NCBI GenBank assembly: GCA_976226885.1
Contig: OZ320322.1
Span: 64,852,001-64,916,000, forward strand
Length of the DNA: 64,000 bases
Direction: 5' to 3'
From: Iphione sp. A-MEVVRFRX5
Taxonomy: Eukaryota
Within the stretch, counting starts at the first letter, position 1. Each line of letters begins with the position of its first letter. This document shows positions 46,501 to 59,600 of the stretch, one piece after another. The position numbers and the translations under genes are program-made. The notes below the pieces were generated by a model. The model was given only the letters and a program-made list of their open reading frames with translations. It was not told the origin of the DNA and did not search any database.

Positions 46501-47189
46501 TGTTACTCTCCTGTTTAAGTAGATTTGTACCACTTGACTGTAATTGATACTGGGTATGAACTGTTCATTGAGTGTAGCAGCCTGCGCTTCCGGTTTCTGC
46601 TTATGAAATGCCAGCTGGATTTTTCGGGACAACCGGCCTCCATTCACCAAACTCTCTAGAAGAGAATTTTCTTCATACACAAATGCATTCTACACCAACC
46701 AGTTCGAGTCAGTTTTTATTTTATTTGACTGTGGATAACAAGGCCTGACTAGATCATAAGATCCAAAACTATGGGCAAAACCAAAAATGAAAGAAAATAG
46801 AATGGAAAAATGGGTTTTGTCTGGAAAAATCCTGCGTGTGACTGATGTCAGTATATGTGATCCACTTCCTGCTTAGGACTGATGTCGGTATATGTGGGCC
46901 GCTTCCTGTGTATGACTGATGTCAGTATATGTGGGCCGCTTCCTGTGTATGACTGATGCCAGTAGTGACAGCAGGTGACTGTGGTCCGCTTCTGCGTATG
47001 TCAGTATACTGGGACTCCATTTTGTTTCCACCTCATATATTTGGGTGGTGGTGAGAAGAACTTGCTGAACTGTCTTCTTATTTCAGCTGCCTGTCAAGGC
47101 CCTGACCTCAGGTCAAGGTCATGACATCAGCTTGTGTGGTCGTGTGTTGGGCCAGCCATTGCTGTCCTTGTCATCTCATAACATTCTCA

Positions 47190-47565
47190 TCACATACTCA
47201 CCCACATGTACCTGTAGATAGAGCTTATCCGCTCTCACTGCCTCATTCATGTGGTCGCATGTCATCTCTCTCATCATGTTCTCACCCACATGTACCTGGA
47301 GATAGAGCTTATCCGCTCTCACTGCCTCGTTCATGTGGTCGCATGTCATCTCTCTCATCATGTACTCACCCAAATGTACCTGTAGGCAGAGCTTGCCTGC
47401 TCTCACTGCCTCGTTCATGTGGTCGCATGTCATCTCTCTCATCATGTTCTCACCCACATGTACCTGGAGATAGAGCTTATCTGCTCTCACTGCCTCATTC
47501 ATGTGGTCGCATGTCATCTCTCTCATCATGTAATCACCGATGCGTACCTGTAGGCAGAGCTTACC
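47190..47565. repeat. 84-bp minisatellite, ~5 copies
   Basis: CTCACCC..ATGTACC at 47197, 47281, 47365 and 47449. Confidence 0.9.
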
Positions 47566-48006
47566 CACTTCTCATGTGCTTTCGACCCGAGGGTGTTTTT
47601 GTTCTTATGTTTTAATTTGTTTTGATTTCCTACGCAAATGCAGTAATTGTTCATATTGCATCGACTTCACTGGTTTTTATCGTGTACAGGCATTTTCCTT
47701 ATCTTTTATACCCCATGTTGTTGTAAGTTTTGACAAATGCCAAGCAACAAAGTGACAAATAACGAGATTATTGCAGCCGATGGTAATGGGATGTGTGACG
47801 CAGCGCCACGTAGCGGAGGAGGTCGACTCACAAGGAGATGTTTCATGGTGGTTGTCAGCTAAAACCCCTCCCTACGATACCCGCCTGCTAGAAGGGTGAC
47901 GCGTGAGGCGGGTGCATTGACTGTGCCGTGTGATGGGAGAACATGCTGCTCTCAAGGGTGAAATGAAGGTCATAGTGAAGCCACCAAGTGTAGGGGGCGA
48001 CACCGG

Positions 48007-48146
48007 NNNNNNNNNNNNNNNNNNNNNNNNNNNNNNNNNNNNNNNNNNNNNNNNNNNNNNNNNNNNNNNNNNNNNNNNNNNNNNNNNNNNNNNNNNNNNN
48101 NNNNNNNNNNNNNNNNNNNNNNNNNNNNNNNNNNNNNNNNNNNNNN
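48007..48146. other. Assembly gap (140 N)
   Basis: Run of N. Confidence 1.
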
Positions 48147-48499
48147 GTCCCATTTGATTTCACTTCCTATCCCCCACCTTGCATGTGTTCCGTCCGGTGA
48201 CACAGTCCTGTGTGTGTCTCGCATTGTGCCCATCACAACCTTCGTTCCGTTACCGATGTACCCGACCTCGTCGTCTCTGCAGGATGTGTTATGTACAGAT
48301 TGAGGTATGACATCAAAGCATCTGAATGCTATATGTCTGTGGACCTGTAGGTACAAAGTGGCACACACAAGAAACCCCGTTAAGCAGCTCTCTGTGTCTG
48401 CTTCTACTTCCTGAATGGGTGTCTTCTAGGAGGAGGCGAGGGATGAGATACGGCCTCTCCTAGCATCCCGCAAGTAGCTGCCCGCCATGGCTGCAGCAT

Positions 48500-49360
48500 T
48501 TTGCTATTGTTGGTTACCACTGGTTTATGTTCTGAATGTGTTACAAGCAGTAATCACGAATGTCACTTCCACAGTTATACTTCTGGTAGGCCTACCTATC
48601 ATGTGACGTCTGAGATGTGGTGGTATGGTCTGTAACTTGCGGGTTGGTAACTTTTGAAGGATGGACACGTTTGTATTGTTAGTAACCGCTGGTTTAACAT
48701 TCTGGATGTGTTACAAGCAGTAATCACGAATGTCACTTCCACAGTTATACTTCTGGTAGGCCTACCTATCATGTGACGTCTGAGATGTGGCGGTATGGTC
48801 TGTAACTTGCGGGTTGGTAACCTTTGAAGGATGGACACGTTTGTATTGTTAGTAACCGCTGGTTTAACATTCTGGATGTGTTACAAGCAGTAATCACGAA
48901 TGTCACTTGCACAGTTATACTTCTGGTAGGCCTACCTATCATGCGACATCCTAGATGTGGCGGTATGGTCTGTAACTTGTGGGTTGGTAACCTTTGAAGG
49001 ATGGACATGTTTGTATTGTTAGTAACCGCTGGTTTAACATTCTGGATGTGTTACAAGCAGTAATCACGAATGTCACTTCCCCAGTTATACTTCTGGTAGG
49101 CCTACCTATCATGTGACATCCTAGATGTGGCGGTATGGTCTGTAACTTGTGGGTTGGTAACCTTTGAAGGATGGACACGTTGGTATTGTTAGTAACTGCT
49201 GGTTTAACATCTGGATGTGTTACAAGCAGTAATCACGAATGTCACTTCCACAGTTATACTTCTGGTAGGCCTATCATGTGACGTCCTAGATGTGGCGGTA
49301 TGGTCTGTAGCTTGCGGGTTGGTAACCTTTGAAGGATGGACATGTTGGTATTGTTAGTAA
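48500..49360. repeat. 170-bp tandem repeat, ~5 copies
   Basis: TGTTACAAGCAGTAATCACG at 48539, 48709, 48879, 49049 and ~49218. Confidence 0.92.
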
Positions 49361-50239
49361 ATTTTTTTTTATGTTTTGCTTGTTTTTAAGGTTGCTATAG
49401 AGAAGGAGCTGTTGTTGTACGTGGCATATTGGAGTAGTCTTGTCGTGGACCTAGGTTGCTGCACGGGTTTACCAGGCGTTATATGGCGTTTATTTTTGTA
49501 CGACTGGACTGCGAGGCGGCGAGTGTCAGCTGCTGCTGCTGCTGCAGCTCTGCCCACTTGACTTGATTGGTTCACCCACGCTGTTATCCGTTTCCCCCCT
49601 CAGATCCCAAAGTGCGAAAAATAAATCAGTAATGACATGAAGCCGTCTTCTTGTGTGAACTGTCCGAGCCAGCCACTCTATGCCGAGAGCAGACGACATC
49701 CAGCGTCTTAGTTATTGATTACCACACGAAAAAACTGTTCTTTTTTAAATTTATTTATATACACAATGTATACAGATAGAAATGCATTCGAGTACCATTC
49801 GACACTGAGAGAATAAGATGCAAATAAATAGGTCGTCACAACTGAACACAAGGGTTCCTCCTCCTCGTCATGGGCTGCTGGGACCTGGCGCCTGGCAGCA
49901 CAAAACCTTCCAATGTTTACTCACAATTTAAGGTTAATCTTCGTCACAATAACAACAGCGAAAATATCATAACCACGAGCCAGTCCGTCGCCGCCCGTCC
50001 GTGTGTGCCCTGCTTGCTCCAGGTGCTCCCTTGTTACCAGACTTTGTTTCCCTTTCATTTCATGCACATATACATCCAATGACGAGAGGCGAACTCCTGG
50101 ACATTTGGCAGCAAGCTTCGTATTTCCAAGCAGTACAGTTTTATCATGGAGCATATTTATGAGTACCATGCACCATGTAAACCCAGTGAGAAGTGGCCAG
50201 CCTAGGGGCGCGCAAATGACACCGAAACAGGCCACTCCC

Positions 50240-51010
50240 TGACATGGCCGACCTCAGTGTGTGATCATACAGCCGACAACATGGCCGACCTCAGTGTGTG
50301 ATCATACAGCAGACGACATGCTCGACCTCAGTGTGTGATCATACAGCTGATGACATGGCGGACCTCAGTGTGTGATCATACAGCTGACAAAATGGCTGAC
50401 CTCAGTGTGTAATCATACAGCCGATGGCCGACCTCAGTGTGTGTGATCATATTTAGCCGATGACATGCCCGACCTCAGTGTGTGATCATACAGCAGATGA
50501 CATGCCCGACCTCAGTGTGTGATCATACAGCTGACAAAATGGCTGACCTCAGTGTGTAATCATACAGCCGATGGCCAACCTCAGTGTGTGTGATCATACA
50601 GCCGATGACATGGCCGACCTCAGTGTGTGATCATACAGCCGATGACATGGCCAGCCTCAGTGTGTAATCATACAGCCGATGGCCAACCTCAGTGTGTGAT
50701 CATACAGCAGACGACATGCCTGACCTCAGTGTGTGATCATACAGCCGACAACATGCCCGACCTCAGTGTGTGATCATACAGCTGATGACATGCCCGACCT
50801 TAGTGTGTGTGATCATACAGCTGACAAAATGGCTGACCTCAGAGTGTAATCATACAGCCGATGGCCGACCTCAGTGTGTGTGATCGTATTTAGCCGATAA
50901 CATGGCCGACCTCAGTGTGTGATCATACAGCTGATTACATGGTCTACCTCAGTGTGTGATCATACAGCAGATGACATGGCTGACCTCAGTGTGTGATCAT
51001 ACAACTGATA
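50240..51010. repeat. 37-bp minisatellite (GACATGGCCGACCTCAGTGTGTGATCATACAGCCGAT), ~20 copies
   Basis: Contiguous tandem units with no unique spacers. Confidence 0.93.
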
Positions 51011-52779
51011 ACCTGAGAATGTGGCCGGCTGCTACCTGTACTGGGTAGTCGGGGCTGGATGTGATTTGTACAAGCATCAGGTGCCCTGTCCTAATTGCTA
51101 CCTGTACTGGGTACTCGAGGCTAGATGTAGTTTGTACAATTAGCAGATGCCCCATTCTAAGCACTACCTGTTGTATGTAATGAAGGTCACGTGGTCTCTC
51201 CAGGGCCTCCTAGTGACTCCCCGAAGGAACACATCACAGCACTGGGTTAGACGGCTGTAGACACTCCCACCCATCACCACCAGTCAAGGCCATGTCACCC
51301 AGGGACTCCGCAGATGACCTCTCATTACCCTACAGGGTAAAGCAGCCGTATGAACACTCCAGTCAAGGCCATGCCACAACACACTGACGTCATCTACGTC
51401 TCTGACGTGGCTGGACCAGAATGTCCGCCCACTCGACGAATAGAGGAAGCACATCTCTAAATATACCAAACAGCAGACATCAGGTCTTAACAAAAGCGGC
51501 TATTCCCAGCATTCTTCACAACGCGTTTCACTTCCACCAGATCACAACGTCAAATCTGTCTGGAGAACAAACTGTAACTACCAACCAAAGGACACGCACT
51601 ATAGAAATCATCTCTATATGACTATAATGGAACAATGGCAGTTTCAAAAGCAAAACGTTTGTCATAAACATGCAACGAAGGCCAAAGCGTCAACCAAGTA
51701 CAAACCTAGTCCGCTAGAAAGATAGGGGGGGGGGGCACCATCCCAATCGCCTCTCAACTCTTTACACCTGTTATAGAGGATTCCCCTGTGGTAAACAATG
51801 ACTCGTATCTCTGCGTTGTTCTGTTCAACCCTTACCTCGTGGGGGGGGCGGGGGCGGGGGGGGGGGGGGGTTAACCACATTCCCGCCTGTTTGATTGTTG
51901 CTTACTTTATTGTGTATCCGTTACTCAAACTACGTCTTTCGACGTTTGGACTGCTGTCGTCATGATTGGCACTTTTCTTTCTGTGATAATCTTTACACAT
52001 ACACGGTTTCGGTGAGACGTTGCTAAAGAAAACAACTTAATTACTACCCCTGTCACCCCATCTTCCTCAGGAAACAAGCAGTTAGCAATGAAGTCCTACT
52101 TCACCAATCTGCTCTCCTTTAAAGAAAGGAGAAATTTGCTGAAAGGTCGACGAGAGTCCTGTTTCGTGATAAGGTTGGGTGACGAGGTGTCAGGGACCAG
52201 GTAGACTGGTCGCTTCATCACACGACCAGCAGACAGATTACAATCCTTACAATCATGTCGTTTCCTTCACTCACATAGACTGGTCGCTTCATCACACGAC
52301 CAGCAGACAGATTACAATCCTTACAATCACATCGTTTCCTTCACTCACATTCACTTAGATCACAACCAATAATGAAGACTCTTCACCATCCCAGAATCCC
52401 ATCACATCCAGACTTGCTTAAACCCTACGTCTGAACAGGTTTGTTAACTGTCAGTGAATGAGAGGAGCGTGACCAGTACACCATCAACTGGTCCCCTATG
52501 TGCAAAGTTCGGTGGGACAGCTGGACCAGAAGTATAGGATGATAGAAGATGACTCCTGTAAGACTACACAGGTGTTTGGGGACAGCCTTGGTCTCATGTA
52601 TATGAAGCCGATACATCCTGTCCCCGGAAACGTAGTCCATTATACGAGAACTGTCAGTGGTGGGAATAGATTACGGTACAAGTCTCAAGGACAGCGCTAC
52701 TAGAAAGTCAGTTAAGCAGTATTGTCAGTTATGTGGGCATCAGTTACGGAGAGACCACTGGATGGGAGTTAACACCACA

Positions 52780-53190
52780 ATACACACCAGTGGGGGGGAC
52801 TTTCCAGACCGTGTACACGGTACTGTAAGTCAGGCACATGACATTCTGTACCACAGCACACACCAGTGGGGAGACACCCCAGGCCGCGTACACGGTACTG
52901 TAAGTCAGGTACATGACAGTCTGTACCACAGCACACACCAGTGGTGAGACACCCCAGGCCGCGTACACGGTACTGTAAGTCAGGTACATGACAGTCAGTA
53001 CCACAGCACACACCAGTGGGGAGACACCCCAGGCTGCATACACGGTACTGTAAGTCAGGTACATGACAGTCTGTACCAGAGCGCACACCAGTGGGGTGAC
53101 ACCCCAGGCTGCATACACGATACTGTAAGTCAGGTACACGACAGTCTGTACCAGAGCGCACACCAGTGGGGAGACACCCCAGGCCACGTA
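52780..53190. repeat. 75-bp minisatellite
   Basis: CACCAGTGG recurs at 75-bp spacing. Confidence 0.9.
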
Positions 53191-53754
53191 CACAAGTGTC
53201 TGTGTTATATGCAGTAGTAAGTGGCACGCTATCAGTGTACAGTCATCAATGCAGCACTTTTGGAGATAGAGATGCAGAGAGACACGGAGACGGACAGAAG
53301 GAGAGATGGAGATCTTAGAACAGACAATAACAGAGAGGGAGGCATACATAGCAAAGTGTTACAGTAAAAGTCGCTGTCAAGTATAATTTGACAGAGTGCT
53401 GTCAACTCGTAAGATGTACCCAACCTCACATTCGGATGTTTCTGCCAGCCTCGTCTGCTGACTGCCAATGTAGACACATTCAATGGACACTTCTCGAGGC
53501 TGTCCGGACCCCAGAGTCCATGTACAAGTACTGTGTGAATCGTAAGACTGTCACATACATTAACTATAAAACTGACAAAATCACGCTTCTTGTTCCTCTT
53601 AATTCAAGCAGACTTCACTTATTTATATTACAATTACATATGTATAATCTGAGAGAGAGGTAGAGATTTTGTGAAATAATTTGAATCTGTATAAATTACA
53701 CTTCTGCCCTTGCAGGGCCCAAGTCTCTGGGTACACACTATTACCATGATACAG

Positions 53755-54095
53755 CCACCCATTCGTCACCTCTCGTTACCCATAACCCTCAATTCACCAT
53801 CTCTCATTAACCATTCTCCCTCAATTCACCGCCTCTCATTACCCCTTCCCTTTAATTCACCACCTCTCATTACTTAACCCTTCAATTCACCTCTTATTTC
53901 CTGTCCCTCCCAATTCACCGCCTCTCATTACCTGTGACCCTCTCATTACCCACCCTCCTCAATTCACCCTCTCATTACCCATTCCCCCTCAATGTACCAC
54001 CTCTCATTACCCATTCCCCCTCAATGTACCACCTCTTATTACCTCTCCCCTCAATTCACCGCCTCTCATTACCAGTGACCCTCTCATTACCTGTC
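53755..54095. repeat. Pyrimidine-rich ~30-bp degenerate repeat
   Basis: TCAATTCACC.CCTCTCATTACC units. Confidence 0.8.
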
Positions 54096-55738
54096 TGCTG
54101 CAATTCATTCCATCTCATTGTCACTGTTGGAAATAATTGTTAATATACACCAGTGGTTGCAGCATGTTTCCCAAATATACTTCTCTGTATCTATTTGTTC
54201 ATCTTTTCCCATCTGTCCGCCTGTTTCTATCTGTCCACTGTTTTTTATGTGTCCACATCTATCTCACTTCAATATTTAGTCTCTTCATTCACTCTCTTTA
54301 GATGCTAGAATACCTTTCTGTTATTACTACCCAGCTTGCGCTGTCCTGTCGCCCTGAACGACCACACGGTGCTCCTTGTACAGAGACTACTGGGGTAGAC
54401 TACTGACTCTTCATGAAGTGCACACATCAGCTGAAGTCAATGGACACCAGTTCTGACTGAGTGCAGATCTAAGTAGCACAGCTTTAAATCACAGATTCAG
54501 ACTTTAAAGAAGACAAAAGAATAGACTAGAAAAGACTAAAGCAACAAGTGAAGCAGCTAACACGGTAACATCGAGTCAGGAGAGGAGTCCTGACAATCAG
54601 ATCAAGTCTTCTTGGTGGGTGGCACTGGCTCGCAGCCAACATGGCGGGTGTAGTCCGAGGTGTCTGGATGGCACGTGACTACGAGAGTCTAGCAGTCAGC
54701 CAATGAGACAGTGTGACCTGTTCATGCCTCTGTTGCAGCTACTGGATGCAGCACTCAGCAAGAAGCTGCAGTCATATCATGTAGAATGTCGTTTCCCGGT
54801 AGACGCCTTGGGCGACCTTATCAGGGGTCAGAAAGAATGGCCCTGTTTCTGGGATAGAATACCTTACTTCAGAGTACACTTTAAGACAATGCACACCGCT
54901 TCTTCAGGATCTATGAAGGACATCTGTTAACCTTACAGTGGCATGTACCGTATGAATATCAAGCAACAAATTGGATTGTTCATTTCGATGAACCAGCCAT
55001 GCAGACAAGACTAGAAATACATAATATATTACATGCTAGAACTGGACACATGTCCCCTGCATTTGTGACCTCACATCTACAACGCCTAGACACAGACGGC
55101 CTTGACCTTGCAGACCTTAAGCCCTAGATATGGTTGTGCGGTCATCATGTGATGCAGAGACGCGCAGCCGAACTTGATGATATACTTCCCATCCCAGATC
55201 CAGGAAGTAACAACTGTACATGGACTTGCGGTCTCCATGACGACCTTCTCGGAGTCAGACGCTGGTTATTCTTCTGTTCTTCTCACTCACTGGGAGCACA
55301 ATAGGGATTTCTCCTCCATGCCGAATCCATACTTAACAAGGGCCCTGTACTCACTTACATACCCTACTTCTGTGGTGTTTTGCCCTCAGGTCTGTTGAAT
55401 AAGTCTTTATATATGAAACTAGATGTAGAATAATCAGAAATGACCTCTCAGGTCATCTGTGAACCTTGAGCGTTCGTCTTAACGACCTTGACCTCACATA
55501 TTGTGGAGGACTGACCATGTCTACATTGAAAAATGACCTCCAAATGAACATTCTTAAGTCACTCAGTGAAAGGTCATGGCCAACCTAACAAAGTTTATAA
55601 TATAAACAACCTCGCGGCAGCCATTATCACAAGGCTTAACACTGAACTGACCCGGCAGTGACCTTTGACGCCTGCCTGGGTCTCCAAGGTGGCATACTCC
55701 GTAGATGACAAGGTTCTACTGAGAGTGGCAGTATGTCC

Positions 55739-56273
55739 TCACTGTGTGGCCACGGGCTGCTCGAGGCTGGCCGCCACCAGCGAGGAGGGTGCTGCGGCTG
55801 CTGCCAACACCTGTGACAACTGTGACGACTGGATGGCACTGACTGGAACTGGCACCTGCTGGAAGTTGGCCACGTGACCGCCAGGTGAGAGACTGCTGAG
55901 AGAGACGGGTACCTGCACCTGCTGGGTGTAGGGCTGCTGCTGCTGGGGCTGTGAGGACTGTTGCTGTGGCTGAGCTGGGCTAAGTGTTGTCTGCGCTAGT
56001 GTGGTCACCACTGCCTGTGTCGACTGCTGGGTCAACTGGGACAGAACACTGTGTGGTACAGCGGATGCCACTGTTGTCTGCGCATGTGCAGTGGCATGTG
56101 CCTGAGCTGCATGGACCTGAGCAGCGACCGCTGCAAGGTTGGCACGCTGTAGATGCTGGTGGGTGACCGCAGTGACGAGGTCAGCCTGAGCGTGGTGGCT
56201 GAGCGTGTGGTTACGGAGCCCCTGGGCTGTTTTATAACTCTTTCCACACTTACACTTGAATGCCTTTTTCACC
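55739..56273 (-). CDS. JAZF1: JAZF1 exon 6 (third zinc finger plus Q/A-rich tail)
   Basis: FKCKCGKSYKTAQGLRNH; TTGCAG acceptor. Confidence 0.92.
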
Positions 56274-56546
56274 CTGCAAGGACATAGCCAATAAAAGACT
56301 AATCAACACATAGCATATTGAGTAGTAAACATGTAATGAGGACGGGGGGCGGCTACAGAGCCATGGCAACCTCCATTCCACTACACAGCTGTCTAAACAT
56401 ACGTACTCATCTTCAGGTAAAGGCACTCTGCTCTGAAGACCTCTGCTGCACTCTTAGACTCCTCCATCCCATCCACTTTATATGTTCCCCACTTTTCTTG
56501 CTCTGAATGACCCAATAAAATATGTATTCTCTCTGCCTTCTTCGTC

Positions 56547-56617
<71 letters not shown>

Positions 56618-59600
56618 GCTACACTCTCTACCACACATCTGCTTTCTTGCCCACCCTCTCTCCCGGTCTCTACCTGGCGTCCTTCCGGTGGCCATGTTTG
56701 GCGTGGTACTTGATGCCGTTCACGTTCTTGTAGCGTTTCTTACATCCGGGCACAGGACATGCAAATGGTTTCTCACCATCGCCATCTTTGTTGTTCATCA
56801 TACTGTTAAAAGTAAAAAGCATTTTAATTACATCCTGACAAGCAAGGCTCGTCACTAAGATTAAGTTCAATCTATGATGCATAGAATGATAAACACCAGA
56901 CTTCTACAAACATGACGGACGTCGCCTCGGAGCATCTGGGCCACAATAAACATCCGGTTTAAATAATGAAAGACCTTACATTTATGAATGACTAAAGTGA
57001 TTGTGTGCATTATTAAGTGATCAGAAGGAGCCTTGGTGACCTGATTAGAGTAAGCCAGACGGAGGGCCACAGCAGTGTGCATAGTCGGCCTGAATTAATA
57101 GTTATGTGTTGAAATTAGGGAGGGAACAGTCTAATACAACACCTCTCCCAGCTTATTGCTGGCATCTAAATACAGCTCTCCTTAAACGCAACCAATTCCA
57201 AACTCTCTACCTCGGAGCTTTGAGGTAGATTCCGACAAACAACCCGGCTGTGTTAAAGTAACTTACAAAAATATTCATTTTACATTCAGAATCGCATATA
57301 AATACAACAATTTTGATCAAGTTGGATTTCAATTTCCAAACAGGTCTCTCCACTGGCAATAAGGCACTGAATAAAGTGGTGTGAGCATGTCGATGTCATT
57401 CTGACCTGAGGAGTACGTTATACTGATAGAACTGACGACTCTGATATGAGCATGTTGTCATTCTGACCTGAGGAGTATGTTATACTGATAGAATTGACGA
57501 CTCTGATATGAGCATGTTGATGTCATTCTGACCTGAGGAGTATGTTATACTGATAGAACTGACGACTCTGATATGAGCATGTTGGTGTCATTCTGACCTG
57601 AGGATAAGCTCCGATGTGAACTCCTCCTGGGCCGTCCATGAGTCGTCACTGTCCTCGTCTTCACTACCCACCTCATCCTCGTCAAACTCACTCCCTACAG
57701 CGAAAAGTCTCAAATCATATACAAGGTCGAAGGTCAACAAAACACACACACGGTCAAACATGGGGCACTGGTTCACAAGCAGCTTTTGGCAAAACAATTT
57801 CATGTTCTCGACCCTGAGTTGGTTATTTAAAAGGAGACTTAGCTGAACTAAGGAAGAGACCAAGTAGAGTGGTCAGGGTGACCCCCATCGGTGAGGAGGT
57901 CAAACACTATACAGTGCTCGTGATATCATTAATCAATGAGAGAATGATTAAAAGGCTGATACAGGGTAATTTCCTGTGGAGTCTATTTATTATCTGCATC
58001 ATATAAGTGAGAAATATGATATATATATTTTGAACACGGAATCAATGATGGAGATATGAGGAAACACGTGAGCAGATATGTATGCAGATATGAAATGGAG
58101 TTTATAAGGAGATGTATGAGGAGGAGATATGTACGGAAACATATGAGGATATATCTAAGGAGACATATAAGGAGATACACTGGGAGATATGTATGCAGAT
58201 ATGAGATGGAGTTTATAAGGAGATGTATGAGGAGGAGATATGTACGGAAACATATGAGGATATATCTAAGGAGACATATAAGGAGATACACTGGGAGATA
58301 TGTATGCAGATATGAGATGGAGTTTATAAGGAGATGTATGAGGAGGAGATATATACAGAAACATATGAGGATATATCTAAGGAGATGTATAAGGAGATAC
58401 ACTGGGAGATATGTATGCAGATATGAGATGGAGTTTATAAGGAGATGTAGGAGGAGGAGATATATACAGAAACATATGAGGATATATCTAAGGAGACATA
58501 TAAGGAGTTGTACTGGGAGATATGTATGGAGATATATGAGAGGATGTTATCTTTTAAATGAGTGAAATCTGTTCCATGTTGTGCTGTCATAGACACTATA
58601 GCATATACATGTACACGGATACTGCTTCCATGAGCACCCACGGGACGTCGTGAGTCACTCGGAGCAACTCGCACCTGTTGGGGTGGTGCTCCTGAGGCTG
58701 GAGGCTGGGCTCTGCGCTCGTTTCATCTTTTTAATGAGCTCAGCATTCTCCTTCTTGGCTGCATCTGTGAAGAATCTGGAATATTCAAAACGACAAGTTG
58801 TATGTCTAGCTACACTCTCTATACGTGTAGCTGACAGCAGGGCTGGAGCAGCATATCTTCCCATACCTGAACACAACTCGAATATCACACTTGAAATTAC
58901 CTGGGAATCTCTAGCTCCTATCTACGGTTGTAGATGTGCACGATATCTGTTGCTCCTTTCTGTAATTGCACATGTAGTAATGTGTGGGATATCTCTAGTT
59001 CCTTCCTATGGTTACTTGTAGTTGTGTGGTATATTTGTAGTTCCTGTCTGTAGTTAGATAAGCTGTGTAGGATAGATCTCTTCTCCCGTGTGTACATAGT
59101 CGATATATATATTAGTTTTAACTGTTAAGGCTATCCCAAGTTACTACCGTAGACCGTCAATAGAGCTACCAATGTTTCACCTAAAATATCTACCGAGCAT
59201 ATGAGAAAGAGAGATAGAGAGATAGGNNNNNNNNNNNNNNNNNNNNNNNNNNNNNNNNNNNNNNNNNNNNNNNNNNNNNNNNNNNNNNNNNNNNNNNNNN
59301 NNNNNNNNNNNNNNNNNNNNNNNNNNNNNNNNNNNNNNNNNNNNNNNNNNNNNNNNNNNNNNNNCCTAACTTTGTATCTTTCATTTAGAAGCTTCTACCA
59401 GAAGTCTCTCCCTGGTATTCACAGAAGGGCGACCACTCACCGTAGAACATAGCTGAGGGCCAGTGACGGCGGCTGCTGCAGTTCCTGCTTCTCCAGGAGG
59501 CGCGGGTCAGAATCTGAATCAGACACATATCGACGAATGAGATGCTTCGCTGGGGAAGGATGATGAGCACAGTCAGCACAGAGGCTGAATGAAGAGACCT

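Noticed and set aside
47872-48368. ORFs spanning the N run (also 59190-59452)
   Set aside because: Artefacts of translating across assembly gaps.
50240-51010. 37-bp periodic array as a CRISPR
   Set aside because: Units are contiguous with no unique spacers, there are no cas genes, and the context is eukaryotic. The same applies to the other arrays.
52455-52472. Two in-frame TGA codons as selenocysteine
   Set aside because: No SECIS identified and no selenoprotein motif; nonsense decay is simpler.
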